From contig NC_087246.1 of the NCBI RefSeq assembly GCF_037042905.1, forward strand, positions 496,001 through 560,000: a DNA stretch of 64,000 nt. Direction: 5' to 3'. Below, in pieces: positions 41,041 through 53,183 of this stretch. The notes beneath the pieces were generated by a model. It saw nothing but the letters and a program-made list of their open reading frames with translations. It made no database searches and had not been told where the DNA came from. Made by a program: the position numbers and the translations under genes. This DNA is from Lytechinus pictus (Eukaryota). Position 1 is the stretch's first letter, and the number at the start of each line of letters is the position of its first letter.

Positions 41041-43198
41041 GAATTGAATTGAAAGTAAAGTAAAGAATATATGTATGTCATCACGCCTTGTGGTCTATTT
41101 TGTCATCGTTGTAATCTATAAAAGTGGGTAGAAAGTTAACTATGTGATCTTGTATTAACTGACAGAATTCATTTTAGAAAACAAAAAATTTTCTACAAAC
41201 ATAGCATAAAGACAAAAAGAAAATATGGAAATGTATACAATACTGGTACCACTATAATCTGCAAAAATATAAATTAGTTTATTCTCACTTTGATTTAATG
41301 TAAAATTTTTATGAATAATTGAAAAGAAAACCGAAAACATAGCAGAGTACAAAAAGAGAAAGACTTCTGTCTACTTCAAGATTATCATCGTTGATTCATA
41401 TTTTCCCCAGGTGACATGGGATCCAATTTGTCTAGAAGTAGAATTCTGTGGGGCTTAGTCAATGACACGGTTTATGAACTATATAGGGTGTTAATTATAA
41501 TATATGTTCTGTTTCTTGTATCGCTTGCTCTATGGGGGTAGGCTAGGTTAAATTAAACATGTACATGAAAACTCTTTACTTGGACTAAGGGTAGCTCCAA
41601 GAAATGGGTCACTGTTGATTTGATAACAAATTTGTAAGTGTACTTTTTGTGAACAGTTCTCCTTTTTTCATTGTTTTGCTGACAAGGGAATACTCTATTT
41701 TTCGCTTATTTGATATAAGATTATGCTTTGATCATTTATACATTTTGTGGAAAGGAATAAAATGAAACTATCACTTATCAAAGAAAGGCCTGAAAAAAAG
41801 GAATGTCATTATGTATAAAGATGAATGGATGCAAATAGAAACAAGTTTTCAATTGCCTAATAAAATGAAATCTGCACAAATGATTTTACATCTAGACATG
41901 CCAAGTATGGTAATGTTTTTAAATATTTTAATTATATAATCAGAAGCAAAGAAAACATAAATATGAATTTAAATGTAATACAGAACACAGTAACTCCATC
42001 ATTCTATAATGTGATTCAATAAACAAGCGTCTTGACATCTCTTATATAGTACATCTCTGTGAATTCATGAGTATCAATTAAATTGGAAAAAATAAGGTGT
42101 CTAATTATTTATTACTTTGTGCTCATATTGAGAGTGCTTGATCTCAATTTTCTTCCTCATTGTAGACTTTCGCATATCACCTATTTCCAAGAAGGGTGAA
42201 TAGCTATAAATGTAATTAACATGGTCTGTCTATCACACTATTCCTACCATATGGTCTTTTCAATTACAAAACACGAATTGCACTGGTACCGAGGGTGATG
42301 TGGTGTGATGAGAAACACCAAAGATGGCAAGAAATAACATGAACCAATTTATATGATGATCATCCTGAATTTCATCATACTGTATGTCATGGTTATTTTT
42401 TTCCCCTTTCATTTACTTAAGAAATATTTTGTGAGTGAACATAGTAAATAAGTATTATTTTCCCACATAACTATTGTGGTGCAAAACAAGGCTACTGGCA
42501 GTCGCATCTGTCTTACTAAAAAGTGATTTTTATCGTAATTGGTTTTAAATTTAAAACAAAACAAAACAAGGAAATTTAATGGAGGTATAGAGGGGGCAAC
42601 CGTTCTTTCTCTTCTTTCACTGGGTCACAACCCTCGCCCCCCCCCCCATGGCTTCTTGAATGTTATACCCTCATTCATACACCCTCTACTGGGTGCAAGC
42701 AAAGAATGTATTAACATTTACTCTCTGTCCTCTCTCTTTATCTATCCCTCTCTCTCTCTAACTGTATCTATCTATCTGTCTGTCTGTCTATCTATCTATC
42801 TATCCCTCTCTCTCGCATTCTCTCTATCTCTCTGTCCTCTCTTTAAGCCACTCTCTTTTTGAAACTGTCCCTCCCAACCACTTCTTTCTATTCCCTTCAT
42901 CATTCTTCTCTATCACACATACATCCCCATCTCTCCCCTCTATACACGATTACTTCTCATTTATACAAGAGGAAATGTACTTTGATAAATTGTTTTTTTT
43001 TAATGGGAATACAATATATAAAAAAATTATCATAGATTTTGACATTTAAATATGCATAGGTATATGAATTTAATATTATGCAGGTATTTAGAATATATTT
43101 ATTAAATAATACAAAATGAAATTTTTTAGAAGGAAAATATCTCTTTCAGTGAGAACCCCCCCCCCCCCCCCACAGAATTCATAACTAAATATATCTTC

Positions 43199-43314
43199 CC
43201 ACTAGAGGGTAGCATGCCATCAATTTCATGATGCAAACAAACTGAATCATGCATATGTTTTTACACATATGGATATGTTCATAACTTTCTATTTCCTACC
43301 AATAGAGGGGAGCA
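43199..43314 (+). promoter_or_regulatory. Pair of CTCF-like motifs 100 bp apart
   Basis: ccactagagggtagca (43199) and ccaatagaggggagca (43299) versus the consensus CCACYAGRGGGCAGCA. Confidence 0.45.
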
Positions 43315-43484
43315 TTGCATTCTATCATCCATGAAGGAGTGTGAATTTCCAAGTCGTGACAAAATCAGATGAATAAAGCAGTAATTATATGGCACAATAG
43401 TGAAGGGACCACCAAATGACAGGTTCAATTCCTGCTGCAATCTTATTCATTGGTTGAATTTGATCATTCAATTAGTGAATGGAA

Positions 43485-43890
43485 TTAACAGCAGAGCAAA
43501 TTGTCAGCAAAGCACATGTTATGGAACCGTTTTAAGGCATATAATGACCTCTGTGACCTTGAAACTTTGACCTCCATTTCATAAAAACCTATCAGGTCAT
43601 TGTAACTCCACACACATACATGATTCAAATATGAAGTTAATCCAAAAGGTTTCTTGAGTTATTGTAAGAACAGAGCGTTTTAAGGTGTATAATGATCTCT
43701 GTGTCCTTCCTTGAATGTTTGACCTCCATACCTCAAAGGCTACTCCATTCACTCCTAGAGGCGTACATGATCCAAATATGAAGTCAATCTGTCAAATAGT
43801 TCTTCAGTTATTAAAAAAAAAAAAACTGGACAGAGAGACAACTTGAAATATAATTCCTCTGGCCCTACCTATGGTGGATGGAGTGAAAGC
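43485..43890. mobile_element. Degenerate HINE-like element with two tgacct-rich internal repeats of about 150 bp
   Basis: cgttttaagg(c/t)(a/g)tataatga ... caaatatgaagt repeated at about 43528 and 43676. Confidence 0.6.
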
Positions 43891-45262
43891 CAGCCTCGGC
43901 TCAATTCCCAATTCATCAAAAATAGAGAACACATTTTGAACTTCCAAAAGTCTTCTATGAGACAACTCCATGACTTTTTCTCTCCTTGTCAAAAATTAAA
44001 GACAGAAAATATTTTGTTTTTAAATAAGAATGCATTAAAATATTGAAATGAATGTAAGAAAAAAATATTATATCTACTCACTACAAAGCTATCATAAAAG
44101 GTTCTTCTTGTATGTTTTCATTTTATACTTTAAGAACATATGAATGATTTAATAAAACTGCCTCTTTTCTCTTGAAGTTATTAGAAAAGCTCTCAACTTT
44201 TATTTTTACTTTCATCATTCTTGTTCTACTACAAGAACCAACACAGTCAATATATCCAATAATAATCATTTTTACTTATTACCAATCTAGGGTGATTATT
44301 ATGCATCGAATCTCAAACTCGGTGCTTGACAAACCTTCAATAAAGCAAAATGGAGATGAATGGAGAATATTTATGACAATTTGGTACAAACATTATTAGA
44401 CAATTAATATGGTAAGGTGCTGAAAGTGTATGCAGCACCCCTTGTTTGTGCACACGCGTATATGTGTGGTTGTAATTAAAGAAGATACGAAATGACCACA
44501 TACTTTACACCTGAAATACTTAGACAGATATTCAATAAAAAATCAGACTCAAAATGGTGGAAAATATTTCAGGCATTTCATGCGACGGCCTCAAAATGCA
44601 GCCTTTCTCATCAATGCCTCGAATCATGTGAAAAGTGAATGGGTGTGCAGACATGGGGCACCATCTTTTTGTTCAATCTGAAAATGACTGGCAGAGACTT
44701 TTCCCAAGAAAATAAAATTTCTCTCAAATTTTTCGCACACTTACTCATAAGAACATAGGAACATTATCAACTGAAAAATTTTGTGGAATAAAACATAAAT
44801 TAATATTTAATCTTAAGCTTAAGTTTTAGGTGCCCAGACATTGGGCCCCCTTCATACATCAAACGGAAGACATTGCACAAGGACAGACAAAACATCTTGA
44901 AATAGTAAATTAAATTCATGATTTATCAGAGCATAGTTTATCTAAATTTAATTTTAAAGCAACTACATTGCAAAAGGTGTATCTTAGAGTAGTAGTAAAA
45001 AGTCATTTGTTAATAGCATCACTCGATATAGTATCTAAACAGGCCGACCACTGATAACATCTATGCTAACAGAGAAAAATGATGTGAAACTTAATGTCTT
45101 CAATCTTCAAGCCCTGAAAGCTAACCAACTTTTGTCTCTCTGAACCCCTGTGTGAATGTTATAATAATAATAAACCCATTGACGTATACAAAGCATGCAT
45201 TACATTGAGGTTGAACCTTACCCCTAATCTACATACAGGAAGGGAAGGGAATTGTGGGAGTG

Positions 45263-45330
45263 CTATTCAACTGTTGATAATGTCAGATGATCCATCAGGT
45301 CTGATTTCTTCAGCTTCTTACTGCTTGAAC
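45263..45330 (-). CDS. RBM19: RBM19 terminal coding exon with stop
   Basis: cag| GSSSKKLKKSDLMDHLTLSTVE*; phase matches the previous exon; TAG at 45263-45265. The basic-then-acidic tail resembles the RBM19 C-terminus. Confidence 0.82.
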
Positions 45331-46182
45331 CTGGGGAAATATCAATGAAAGATAGAAGGAGAATGATATGCTACTGATGTCAAGACAAAATGGCATCAAT
45401 TATCATAAAATATGATTCAAACTAAAACACAATTTTTAAAATCCCTTTATGTGGATGTATGCTTTATGTAACTTATTCAAATCGCATTATTCCTCTTGCG
45501 TAAATATATCTACACAGATTTGGGTACATCAATGCTTAATATAATAATCGGTTTTCATTCATAAAAATATGTTACTTCTCCAATTTCTTTCTACTTCATA
45601 TATTTCATTTATCATATCTTGACAAAGATAAATTCATTAATATCTTAAATGTTCATCAAATAGCCAACTCACTTCAGAAAGCATGAAATGATATAACGGA
45701 TTATAAGAAATTAATAATTGAAATCATATGTGCTTCTACAACATCTATCTCAAATGTCCCAACAACTTCTATCTCAAATTTCCCTGAGCACTCTCAAATG
45801 ACACAGCATAATTACCCTGACATTTCAAGGAATATATCCCTGCCAGGTCCCAATGATATTATTCTATTAAACAAATTCCACTAATCAACTTCACAATGCA
45901 ATGCAAATCTCAAGATAAGTTTTGATTTAATGGATGAGTAAAAGAAAGAACAAATATTAGATGGAAAGATATAGTGAAGAAATAAAGTGGTAAGGTTGGA
46001 AGGTAGGAGTATCATCATGGCTCAAAACTCTTGGTATGAGTAAAATGCAAAGTTTCCTTTGCCTATGATCTTATCTTTCTTATAATTTCAATGATGTAGA
46101 ATTCTGAATAAAACAATGCAATATGATCAAATATATATATACCAACAATCCTAATAGCAAACTTGTTTAAACAAAAACATAC

Positions 46183-46306
46183 CATCTGAGAAGTGATCGG
46201 CAGTCTTCTTTCTGAGTTGATCAATTGATTGCTCACTCTCTGCCCATTCTAAGACAAGGCGTCTCCCATATAAATGACTGCTATGACATAAGGAGTCAAA
46301 CGCTCT
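46183..46306 (-). CDS. RBM19: RBM19 exon (end of RRM6)
   Basis: RAFDSLCHSSHLYGRRLVLEWAESEQSIDQLRKKTADHFSD; 124 nt, cag|...|gtatgt. Confidence 0.96.
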
Positions 46307-46538
46307 CTGAAAACAAGTCATGGAATAACCAAATTACTGTCAGTTAACTGTTATATAACAAAATTATAAATCAAAGTTGTGCGAATAGCAGATTTGTATA
46401 TATTCATTCAATACACAAAGTAGAAGCATGTTCGAGAAGTAAATCTCTCATTATTTTAATACTTTACACATGTTAGAAAATACCCGGTCTCTGAATCTGT
46501 AATCTAAATTAGTAAAATTCAGAGAATTATGAATATAC

Positions 46539-46644
46539 CTTTGCATCTTGTTTTGAAAGGAAATCCACAAAGCCAAAGCCTCGATGAGATCCAGTCCCAC
46601 TCATCTTCTTGGGCAAGCGGACTGTCTTTACTTCACTAAATGTT
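46539..46644 (-). CDS. RBM19: RBM19 exon (RRM6 RNP1)
   Basis: TFSEVKTVRLPKKMSGTGSHRGFGFVDFLSKQDAK; 106 nt, cag|...|gtatat. Confidence 0.96.
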
Positions 46645-46696
46645 CTGAAGGTGGAGAAGAACATGACATGATGAGATATAATAATCTTCATCTTAA

Positions 46697-47424
46697 CCCT
46701 AAATAGAAGACTGGGGGGGGGGCTGATTCAGCCCCCCCTTATGATCTCGGCCGTCGATCGCGCGATTGCGATGAAAATTGGCACGCGCGTTACCCATGGC
46801 ATTATCTACAAAACTATAATATCAAATTCTGCGAAATATCTCATTGCTCATTAATTATGCTAATTTATGCGTAAAATCATAAGTTTGCTCTAATTAATAA
46901 AATAATGCCCCTAAAATGCTAATTTTTGTTTCACATACTCTAGATAGGCATCTGATCAAATTTATTTTTCAAAATTTTCAACATCACATTTATTTTCTTA
47001 TGTATTCTATTGTTTTCTAAAATTCTTATGTATTTCTTTGTTTTTCGACTTTTTGTTTTTTATTGTTTTTTCAATGGAAATTGTCGGGGACTTTATTTTG
47101 ACCATAAAAAAGATAAAATTAATTGATTTTAAGCAGTAAAAGGAAAAATAATGATACATGTATGAATTTTGACTAAAAACACTATTTGCATTGGATTTGT
47201 ACACAAATTCACGTTTTTGAGTAATTTTGGGTCTGCATGCACTTACGAAATGTTGCGTAATTTCAGAACCGCGTACCCGGGGGTCACAATTTTGGTCTCA
47301 AAAGTTGCGCGAGACTTGAAGGTAAAAAGTCAGCGAGCGACGTGGTCAAAAAATTTCGCGCGGCGGATTTATCGCGAAAAATGTCGAGGGGGGGGCTGAA
47401 TCAGCCCCCCCAGTCTTTTTAGGG
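46697..47424. mobile_element. piggyBac-like MITE in an RBM19 intron
   Basis: ttaa|ccctaaa..aagactggggg ... cccccagtctttttaggg|ttaa; subterminal palindrome ggctga(t/a)tcagcc at both ends. Confidence 0.9.
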
Positions 47425-47660
47425 TTAATCATCATTACCATCATCATTTTTATCATTATAATTGTATCAGCATCATCTTTATGATCATTATCATCATCAT
47501 CATCGTCGACGTTGTTGTCGTCATCATCATCATCAGTATCCCCATCATCTTTATCATCTGTCAGCATTTCCCTTTTCCTCCATTTCTGTGAGCCTCATGA
47601 CTAAAATCATATTCTTTACTATTAAAACATTAGAAACACAGACATATACGAAACATAATA

Positions 47661-48337
47661 CAGTCCGACCTCTCTTATCCGAACACGTTGGGACCAGCAC
47701 CAATCCGGATAAGGGATTTATCCGAAACTGGGAGACCCAATCTTAAATACACACAGCTGCCTCCCCAATAGTAGCTACACGTAATCTATAGTAGTGGGCA
47801 TACACAGACAGTATTTCACTGCTGTCAGTGCAAATTACAGGCAGTTTTTTTAAGGAAATGACATCGATTGGTTGCCAAAACTCTTTGATAATTTACCTGC
47901 TGAAATTAATACATCAAGCATACCTCGAATGAAAGAGAATGACCAATGAATTGGATCATCGCAGCTTTGCAAATCAGCCATTGTTATACTGACTGAAGGC
48001 TCAAACATGATAGATGCCGCTGTCCATGTAAGACGAGGCCTGAGCGAGACACATGTTGTTGTTTTTCCCCCCCAAAAAAAAATGCGCTGTGCCCTCATTT
48101 CCGGGACAATTATCCTGTCCAAGTTCTTTCAGTGATTTGGGTGGGATAATTTAATAAAATAATGTGGTTATAGGAAGACTCTATTGGAAAATGCATGTAA
48201 TCAAAGTGAGTTTGCATAGGAATTTTTTATTTTAGATGCACTAGATTGAAAAAATAAATAAATAAATCTCGGCAAGTGTGCGTTCAGATAATAGAAAGAT
48301 CTGGATAAGGGGAGGCCGGACAAGAGAGGTCGGACTG
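47661..48337. mobile_element. pogo/Tigger-like (Tc1/mariner) MITE in an RBM19 intron
   Basis: ta|cagtccgacctctcttatccg ... cggacaagagaggtcggactg|ta. Confidence 0.88.
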
Positions 48338-48453
48338 TATGTAAACAAAGTTTTGATATTTTGAGATCTCCATTATTTTACCACAAACTTTGGACCATGG
48401 CTTATTAAACTAAGAGTTCAGAATATCGGTCATGATGTGTATTGTCTACTCAC

Positions 48454-48570
48454 ATGAAGAGTTCCCTTATTTCCTTTGATGATGCTTCAAATGGAATGTT
48501 ACGGACAAGAATCTTGGTCGATGTTTGCTTCTTGGTTTTCTGTTTCTTCCTGGATGAAGTCTGTTGAGTT
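48454..48570 (-). CDS. RBM19: RBM19 exon (start of RRM6)
   Basis: QTQQTSSRKKQKTKKQTSTKILVRNIPFEASSKEIRELF; 117 nt, cag|...|gtgagt. Confidence 0.95.
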
Positions 48571-48578
48571 CTGTAAGG

Positions 48579-49165
48579 AGGAAAAACATGAACAGGGAAG
48601 TAGTGATTGCAATGTTTTTAATAATTATATGAAATGAATTTGTCTGCAGAATACCCTTTATTGGTAAATGTTTGGTAAAAGTTTGGTAAAAATTTGTGTT
48701 CATCATCAGCACCATGTAGCAGCACTCAAACTGGAAGAAATAGTTAATATTTGCGTATTGAAACTTTGAAATCTAAATCTGTTATCATACTTACCGGACA
48801 GTAGCTCTGTTTGATATTTTAAGATCAAGTTTATGACTTTCCACCTCTACATGTTGGTATTCTTTGCAAGGAAACATGAACAGGGAAGCAGTGATTGCAA
48901 TGTTTTTAATAATTATATGAAATGAATTTGTCTGCAGAATACCCTTTATTGGTAAAAGTTTGGTAAAAGATTGGTAAATGTTTGGTAAAAATTTGTGTTC
49001 ATCATCAGCACCATGTAGCAGCACTCAAACTGGAAGAAATAGTTTATATTTGTGTATTGAAACTTTGAAATCTAAATCTGTTATCATACTTACTGGACAG
49101 TAGCTCTGTTTGATATTTTAAGATCAAGTTTATGACTTTCCACCTCTACATGTTGGTATTCTTTG
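48579..49165. repeat. Tandem duplication (offset about 299 bp) of the 3' end of an RBM19 exon plus most of the following intron
   Basis: 48579-48866 and 48869-49165 are near-identical; both encode KEYQHVEVESHKLDLKISNRATV followed by gtaagt. Confidence 0.95.
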
Positions 49166-49232
49166 AGTGCTTTCTGGGCCCATTCTGGTTTCTCAAACTC
49201 AATGAAGCCATATCCCATGGATAGCAGCTGCC
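49094..49232 (-). CDS. RBM19: RBM19 exon (RRM5 RNP1)
   Basis: GQLLSMGYGFIEFEKPEWAQKALKEYQHVEVESHKLDLKISNRATV; 139 nt, cag|...|gtaagt. Confidence 0.94.
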
Positions 49233-49377
49233 CTGCAAGAGATATAGCACATTTGATTTCCATTATAAATATCAAATATGTTGTTTTAGTGCCTTATGAT
49301 ACTCAGAGGCCCAAGTTTCACAAAAACATAAGTCCAACTTTGTGGAATAGAAGATAGTATGTGATATTTGTCTTTAA

Positions 49378-50150
49378 CCCTCAATCTCCCGAGGTATTTT
49401 GATTCTTGTCATTCCCGGGGGGGGGGGGGGGGGGCCCATTATGGCCCCCCCTTAAGATCTCGGCCGCTGATCGCTCGAGCGACGCAAAAATTTGCACGCT
49501 GGTTGTGTGCGATGTAATCTACAAGGCTGTATGGTAAAATTTTCCAAAATAATGAGATTTTATTTTATATGAATTAATTATGCTAATTTATGCATAAATC
49601 ATACTTTTTGCTCTAATTCACTAAATAAAGCTCCTAGAATGCTAATTTTTGGTTAAAATATTCTTTGTAGCATTCTTAACAATCGCAATTAAAAAAAAAA
49701 TTCAGTTTGGAAATCAATTTCTTATGTATTTTATTGTTTTATGAATTTCTTATGTATTTCCTTGTTTTTTTAACTTTTTGTTTTTTTATTGTTTTTTCAA
49801 TGGAAATCGTTCCAGACTTAATTCTGATCATAAGCAAGGCAAAATTAATTAAATTCAATCAGTAAAAGTAGAAATAATGATACATTTATGAATTTTGGCT
49901 AAATACACAATTTGCATTGGATTTGTACATGAAATCACGTTTGTGAGCAATTTTGGGTCTGACATGCACTTACATAATGTTGCGTAATGTCGTAACCGCG
50001 TATCCGGTCGTCACAAATTTGGTCTCAAAATTTGCGCGAGACTTGAAAGTAAAAAGTCAGTGAGCGGCGAGGTCAAAAAAATTTGCGCAGCGGATATATC
50101 GCGAAAATTGTCGAGGGGGGGCCATTATGGCCCCCCCCCCCCGGGAGAAT
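49378..50150. mobile_element. piggyBac-like MITE related to 46697-47424, right terminus damaged
   Basis: ttaa|ccctc left end; interior aligns with 46697-47424; palindrome ggccattatggcc near both ends. Confidence 0.85.
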
Positions 50151-50323
50151 CAGAGTAGAGATCTCGGACAGATTATATGATTATTGAATGTTCAGTATAT
50201 TTGAATGGTAATTTCTACAGACATCAATCTGCTTCAAATGAGCAAGTTGCCATGAACATCATCTATCAAGATACTTATTTTAGATTAAACCAACAAGAAA
50301 ATAAAAATCAAAACAATAATTAC

Positions 50324-50390
50324 CTTGGTTCTTTGTATCCTTCTTTCTTGCAATTGTCACATTCCTGATAGAACCACACTTCTTAAATAC
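50324..50390 (-). CDS. RBM19: RBM19 exon (RRM5)
   Basis: VFKKCGSIRNVTIARKKDTKNQ; 67 nt, polyT-cag|...|gtaatt. Confidence 0.93.
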
Positions 50391-50419
50391 CTGAAAAAAA
50401 AAAAAAAACATTGCTTTTG

Positions 50420-50836
50420 ATGATGATGATGATGCACAGCATTTGTATAGCGCCATATATCTGTCAAAGACATTCAAAGGCGCATTGAAGGAGCCAGCCA
50501 ATCTGGGTCGCCAAGAAGGGCGCGCACACAGAACTGTGACCCGCAGGTCTCTCGCAGGTTGGGGAATGCAGGTGGACCACTCCACCGGGGTTTCCCCCTA
50601 CTCTTATTCGAATAGTGCAGTGGGTTCTTAAGGTGGTGATTCTCCTCTACACGGGGCCTCCATTTAACGTCCTATCCGAGGGACGGAGTGTTTTCCACTG
50701 TAATATAGCCTGCAACTATGGAACAGGGGAGAGACGTTTACACACAACGCACTGGCTTCAGTCATCCGCCTGGGTTGGACTCGAACCCACGATCTTTGGT
50801 TCGACGCGCAGACGCTTTACCGACTGAGCCAACTTC
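50420..50836 (-). mobile_element. Full-length DeuSINE (tRNA head, Deu core, L2-type tail) with 7-bp TSD
   Basis: Minus strand: A box tggctcagtcgg, B box ggttcgagtcc, Deu core aagagtagggggaaaccccggtg, (cat)n tail. gcttttg flanks both ends (50413-50419 and 50837-50843). Confidence 0.9.
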
Positions 50837-51480
50837 GCTTTTGCCATTCAGGTATACAGTAATGAAACGTTTTTAATCTAACACTATAGGTGCCATAAAA
50901 TAATGATTTCAGAACTTTAAAGGAGAATGAAACACTTGAAACTAATTAAATTGAATAAAAAAGAAAAATCAAAGAACAGGTAAATGACAATATGAGAAAA
51001 ACTGAATTGATGAAAGAATATATATGAACATTTGAATATTGTAGAAATCACTGGTGTTATGGACATCTTCCTATTGGCATTATGACAAGGATCTGAGTTG
51101 TCACACACACAAAAACTTCACCATAACTTTTATATTAAATTGTCTTTTTTATCAAGTGTTTTTGTAGATCAGGTATTTTTTGTAGGACATGTTGTACAAA
51201 TTTAACAAAAAAAAACAAAAAAAAAACAGAGCAATGATACAGGTAACATAAATCAAAATCTGTTCAACATTTTAAAATTGATGGGTATATGCATTTATCT
51301 GTTCAAGTTTGGAAGCACTTTTCATCCATTGTTACAACTGAACTTGTTCAGTACCAACTTTTGTCATGTCAACAGGCTTTGTCCAGGGGACAACAATTTC
51401 CATTAGGCAATGAGTAAGGATGGCACATTCCTGACCCAATTCTTTAAATTTGCTTAATTTAACTTTGATATTGAACAAAC

Positions 51481-51569
51481 CTTTTTAAGTATACTTTCAT
51501 CGGTGCTAAAGTTCAGATTCTTGACAAAGAGTACACTGCCTTCTTGAACTTGATAATCTTCATCAGATT
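51481..51569 (-). CDS. RBM19: RBM19 exon (start of RRM5)
   Basis: ESDEDYQVQEGSVLFVKNLNFSTDESILKK with RNP2 LFVKNL; 89 nt, cag|...|gtttgt. Confidence 0.94.
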
Positions 51570-51930
51570 CTGAAAAATAGACATAATAAAAAATGCATAT
51601 AAGTTATTCGTAGAAACAAGCATTATAATGAAACATTCACGAGATAAATTTGACATAATGCAGTTTAAAACTGTCAAAACCCTCAATTACATTCTTCTAT
51701 TTCATACACATTTATTTTCTTAAAGGCTATAAAGCAAAGCTCTTCACAGAAATGTTGTTAAAGCTGTATTACAATTATCATTCCCTGAAAATAAAGTGTA
51801 ATTAGTTTTCTCCTTTTCTACAGTTTTACAGAATACAGAATAACTTGTCTTTAAGACATCAGTGCCAGAGGTCTAGTAAGCATTATCTTCTTTATAGGCA
51901 TATCAAATGCATATCAAATTAAAAAAATAC

Positions 51931-52087
51931 CTGATTCATCCTGAGCTTCCCCTTTCTTATCTTCTTCCTTCTCTTCTTTCTTCTCCTCCTTTGTTTCTTC
52001 AACACTTGTATCCTTCTCAAAGCTTTTTGTAGATGTTCCAAACACGTCCATAGGAGCCCATTCCAAGTACAGTGGAACATGCTTGAA
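51931..52087 (-). CDS. RBM19: RBM19 exon (end of RRM4 and acidic linker)
   Basis: FKHVPLYLEWAPMDVFGTSTKSFEKDTSVEETKEEKKEEKEEDKKGEAQDES; 157 nt, tag|...|gtattt. Confidence 0.95.
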
Positions 52088-52635
52088 CTACATTGTATGG
52101 ACAGTAATCATAAAAGAGTTTGTCACTTATATGCCATTTTGGAAGTTATCAAAATTATGGAAGTTGAATATTAATAAGAGTAATATTTATAGAACAGTTC
52201 TTGTATAGCGCATTATACCTTACAAAGGTCTCAATGTGCTTAAAGATGAGGGAATGCTACTGGTAATGCTATGATGATATTATCAGTTAAAGATTATTAT
52301 AGATATATGTTTGGTAGATTTACTAGATATCTGTCTCTCTATTAAAATGTGATTCATAATCTAAATGAACTTCTCTATGGAACATTAAGAATGTTGAATT
52401 CGAGTCAAATTTGCCAAACTTGATTAGAATGGAAATGTATTACAGATCACCACTGGTGATTGACAGTGATATTGTTTGTAATAGCTGAAGGCACTCATAT
52501 GTACATGGAGATGAAGTACCAATAGGTACTGAAGTCTTTATGAAACAATTGTAAATTACATTCGTATTAGGAATTTCACATATCAACCCCAAAACTCATT
52601 GAAATAATCTAACTTAGAAAAAGAACTTTACAAAC

Positions 52636-52836
52636 CTTAGTATAAGCCAGTTTGTAGAAAGCAGCTTTGGCTTCTGATGGTTCTAAGAACTCGACGATGG
52701 CCGTCACCCCTGCAGGGGGCAGTAGTACCCTTCCCAGCATGCCATGCTGTCCGAATGCCTCTCTAAGCTCATCAGGTGTAGTACTTGCTGGAAGATTCTT
52801 CACAAGGAATACTGATTTACTTCTTGCCGCAGCAGC
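52636..52836 (-). CDS. RBM19: RBM19 exon (RRM4)
   Basis: AAAARSKSVFLVKNLPASTTPDELREAFGQHGMLGRVLLPPAGVTAIVEFLEPSEAKAAFYKLAYTK; 201 nt, aag|...|gtttgt. Confidence 0.95.
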
Positions 52837-52949
52837 CTTGGAAAGAACATAGTGGCCAGTATACAAGTTTGAATACTAAGAAACAAACATTTCAAGGCCT
52901 AGCAGCAGAAAGTAGTTATTTTATTTCAGATTTCAGGATATCAGACATT

Positions 52950-53183
52950 GGGTAATTTCAAGTCCGGTGTTGGCCTTGGTGTTGGTGTTGAAATTGGATT
53001 TCTCCCCCTAGCTCTAAAACTTATTCAGAGTTTGTAAAACTGATCCAGATCACATTACTGACATCCCAACAACTAGTGAGGGGTTTTTTCGGGACCATCA
53101 TCATTTTATGTTTGGTGTTATAATCGTGTAAAAATTGACCTAACACCAACACCAAAAGGTCAACACTTAACTTGAAATCACCC
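52950..53183. mobile_element. PIF/Harbinger-like MITE
   Basis: att|gggtaatttcaagt..gtgttg ... caacacttaacttgaaatcaccc|att (3-bp TSD). Confidence 0.75.

Noticed and set aside
41411..41780. Plus-strand terminal exon after ttttccccag with a downstream aataaa
   Set aside because: Translations have no recognisable homology, and the composition fits a retroposon 3' tail.
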